In this document: piece after piece, positions 61,731 to 64,000 of the stretch
Layout of the letters: every line of letters starts with the position of its first letter
Position numbering within the stretch: the stretch's first letter is position 1
Origin: Psammoneis japonica
Taxonomy: Eukaryota
Assembly (NCBI GenBank): GCA_008632985.1
Contig: QPGO01000052.1
Location: forward strand, 248,001 to 312,000
Length of the DNA: 64,000 nucleotides
Direction: 5' to 3'
Notes under the pieces: model-generated
Database searches by the model: none
The model's input: the letters and a program-made list of their open reading frames with translations, nothing else
Told to the model about the DNA's origin: nothing
Translations under genes and position numbers: made by a program

Positions 61731-62979
61731 ACACATGGCCAGAGCAGCCTTGGCACATCCCGCTGACAAAGCTGGCAAAGATGGCGACTCTTGTGGTTGA
61801 GCCACCCAGCGTGCAGGAAATCTGGGCACACTCCTGGGAAGTCAAATGGGAGGAGGGCTCAGCATTGCCACCAGTGGCCGTGCCAGGCACAAATGTCAGC
61901 TTCTCTTGAGAGAGATTTGAGCCCACACAGCCCCGAGTTGGGTGTCTTGGCTGGCAAGTTAGAAAGCATTCTTGAGCACATTTTGGGATGTGGGCAGCAC
62001 TGTCACCAAGAGAGCTGTTCTGCAGAGGAAGAGGGAAACAGGCAACAACATTTTGCAAGAACTGTTTTGTGTCAATGGCCGGGTGGGATGGGGCAGCATC
62101 TGGACTTTGACGGAGCATTTGGTGGACAAAGCTTGAGCACAGAGAGCTGTCCACTCAAGCTCCACAAGTGGCACATTTCAAAGGTGACACCAATGTGTTC
62201 ATGCATCAACATGCCTCAAGCTGCAAGTCACACAAAAAACCACCACCAACCTTTCTCAACCAACCACGATCACAGACAGAACAGGTCAAGAGGTTCGAAA
62301 CAAGAGTGATTACTTCATTGACTCTCTTCTTGTTTCATGCATTCAAGAGCTTGTTCTTGTCCTTCTCAAACGTTTGTTGTGCATTGTTGTCTCTTTTAAT
62401 TCAAGTGCAAAGAGGAGCCACTTTTCTTGTTTCTGTCTCTTGAGATGTTGTTGGTTGTTGAGTGATGCAATTTTTGTTGCTTGTCACATTTTTGGAAATG
62501 TTGGCAAACCCGATCACTGCTTGATTGTCGACCCATTTGCTGTTTTGAGTCTCCGTGGCATAAAATGCCACAATTCCAGAGCCCTCAATTGTTTCATCAA
62601 ACGCAGTGCTTTGAAACACGTCCAACATCAACTCGACTCAGTTGAAATCCCAGTTTGTGGGCGATGAAAAATCACGAATGTCAAACAAATGACTGCTTTC
62701 GACATCAAGATCCCCGAGTTCAATCCAAATGTGACGGCGCGCCTCACAGCTTGTGGCCATGACACACACAAGCATGCCTCATTGTTGTCATCGCGTGCAC
62801 TCGCATCGAAAATGCTGATGGATCAAAGTTCAGGAAAAGGATGGAGTGCAAATTCATTTGTGCACTCACCAGAGTGGCATTGGCGCAATGACACCCACGG
62901 CAGAAGCGATCAAAAATCCTTGTTCATCATTGACATTTCTGCATTGCTCAGAATTTGAAATCTGACCACCACCGTTGAG

Positions 62980-63113
62980 CATTTAGCTTTCTTTGTGTCG
63001 AAGTGGAAACGACACTTGACGATTTGCACCAACCATTTAGCTTTCTTTGTGTCGAAGTGGAAATGACACTCAACGATTTACACTAACCATTTAGCTTACT
63101 TTGGCTCGAAGTC
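62980..63113. repeat. 54-bp tandem repeat x2.5
   Basis: catttagctttctttgtgtcgaagtggaaa at 62980 and 63034, partial at 63088. Confidence 0.9.
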
Positions 63114-63448
63114 AGACAATGAGATTGGGTTATGGGCTTGTCGTTAACCAGCCACGAGCATGAAATCTTTACCAAAAATCTGATTCAGCGTTCTCCCCCA
63201 ATAAATTTTCTGGAGCGTTACATTTTTCTACGCGCGGTTCTACGGGGCGTGAGCACTCCCAACTGGGAGGTCTGTATGTGGTACGGAAGAGAGGAGTGGG
63301 GCGTGAGACTCCTCCTGCAGTGGGCCGGCGCGAAAAGAAATGGAGAATTCGGGTCGGTGGACAGACGACCCACGACTAACGGAAGTAAATAAATGAAAAC
63401 CAAAAACATCGTCGAGAGTTGTAGAGTTGTTGCATCTCGAAGCGCAAC

Positions 63449-64000
63449 ATGTCAGCTTCGGGTGCTGTCGTAGAACCAAATGCCGGTGCTGCTGTCGTGC
63501 CAGCTGCCGGAACGGTAGTCGAGCCCGCTGACGCTGCTGTTGCACCATCACCGGCCGAAAACATGTTTGCGGCCATTGTGCCCACTCTGCCGGTGAACCA
63601 TCAAACTGCCATTGCTTGGTTGGCTAAGCAGAACCAACTTGATTTCGAAATTTACCAAACCGAGCTAGCCCGCATCAAGGACCAAGCAAAGGACCAAGCA
63701 AAGGACCTCGCAAAAGAAGCGTTTGCTGAGATGAGGCAGAGCAAGGCTGATCTCAGTCGTCGACTGAAAATCGCACCAAGGAGATCATTGCGCTTCTTAC
63801 ATCCTCGAAAGGAGAAGAGGAGACGGTGCCTCACCTGGCGGACGATACGGAGGAAGAGGCACAAGAGGCAATGGAAACTCCGAGGAGTAAGTAAATGAAA
63901 AGGCACATCAAATACATGGCATATACTTCTTTTCATCATGTAACTCACATATGTATATCGTGTGTCATTCCTACATCACAGAATCTTTTCTCTCTCGCGT
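63449..64000 (+). pseudogene. Paralog of the 47270-48669 gene (apparent frameshift near 63754; intron about 63887-63981); continues beyond window
   Basis: Colinear nucleotide similarity that includes the intron; GTAAGT donor retained. Confidence 0.6.

Larger units (their letters stand above)
35820..63050. other. TpA-depleted transposon nest 2, with a less converted island at about 48.2-50.4 kb
   Basis: Near absence of TA, excess TG/CA, nearly Tyr-free six-frame ORFs. Confidence 0.93.

Noticed and set aside
16303..62958. Hundreds of 60-250 aa ORFs in the TA-depleted nests as real genes
   Set aside because: They overlap in all six frames, nearly lack Tyr and are explained by loss of TAA/TAG stops. 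Only fragments with recognisable TE motifs were kept, as pseudogenes.
16145..63050. Classical fungal RIP or simple CpG decay as the explanation
   Set aside because: RIP increases TpA, and CpG decay cannot remove TA. Several blocks lack TA while keeping CG.
62980..63113. CRISPR array
   Set aside because: The putative spacers are copies of each other, the context is eukaryotic, and there are no cas genes.

Overview
Eukaryotic nuclear DNA, most likely a pennate diatom (short GT-AG introns, ASAF-type bipartite plastid presequences, diatom-type copia and gypsy remnants). Two gene-dense blocks of normal composition (1-16.1 kb and 30.6-35.8 kb, about 13 host genes) alternate with two nests of degenerate transposons (about 16.15-30.6 kb and 35.8-63.05 kb). 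The nests are almost devoid of the dinucleotide TpA, are variably depleted of CpG, and are rich in TpG/CpA. Repeat pairs inside the window give the direction of change: the two 367-bp LTRs of one gypsy element differ at 14 sites, 13 of which are TA->TG or TA->CA, all in the same LTR. This points to a repeat-targeted A:T->G:C hypermutation at TpA (preferring TAY), the reverse of fungal RIP, which I do not recognise as a described system. The nests also hold two copies of a PIF/Harbinger/ISL2EU-like element whose transposase lies tail-to-tail with an Exo1/XPG-family nuclease gene. All counts and alignments were done by eye.
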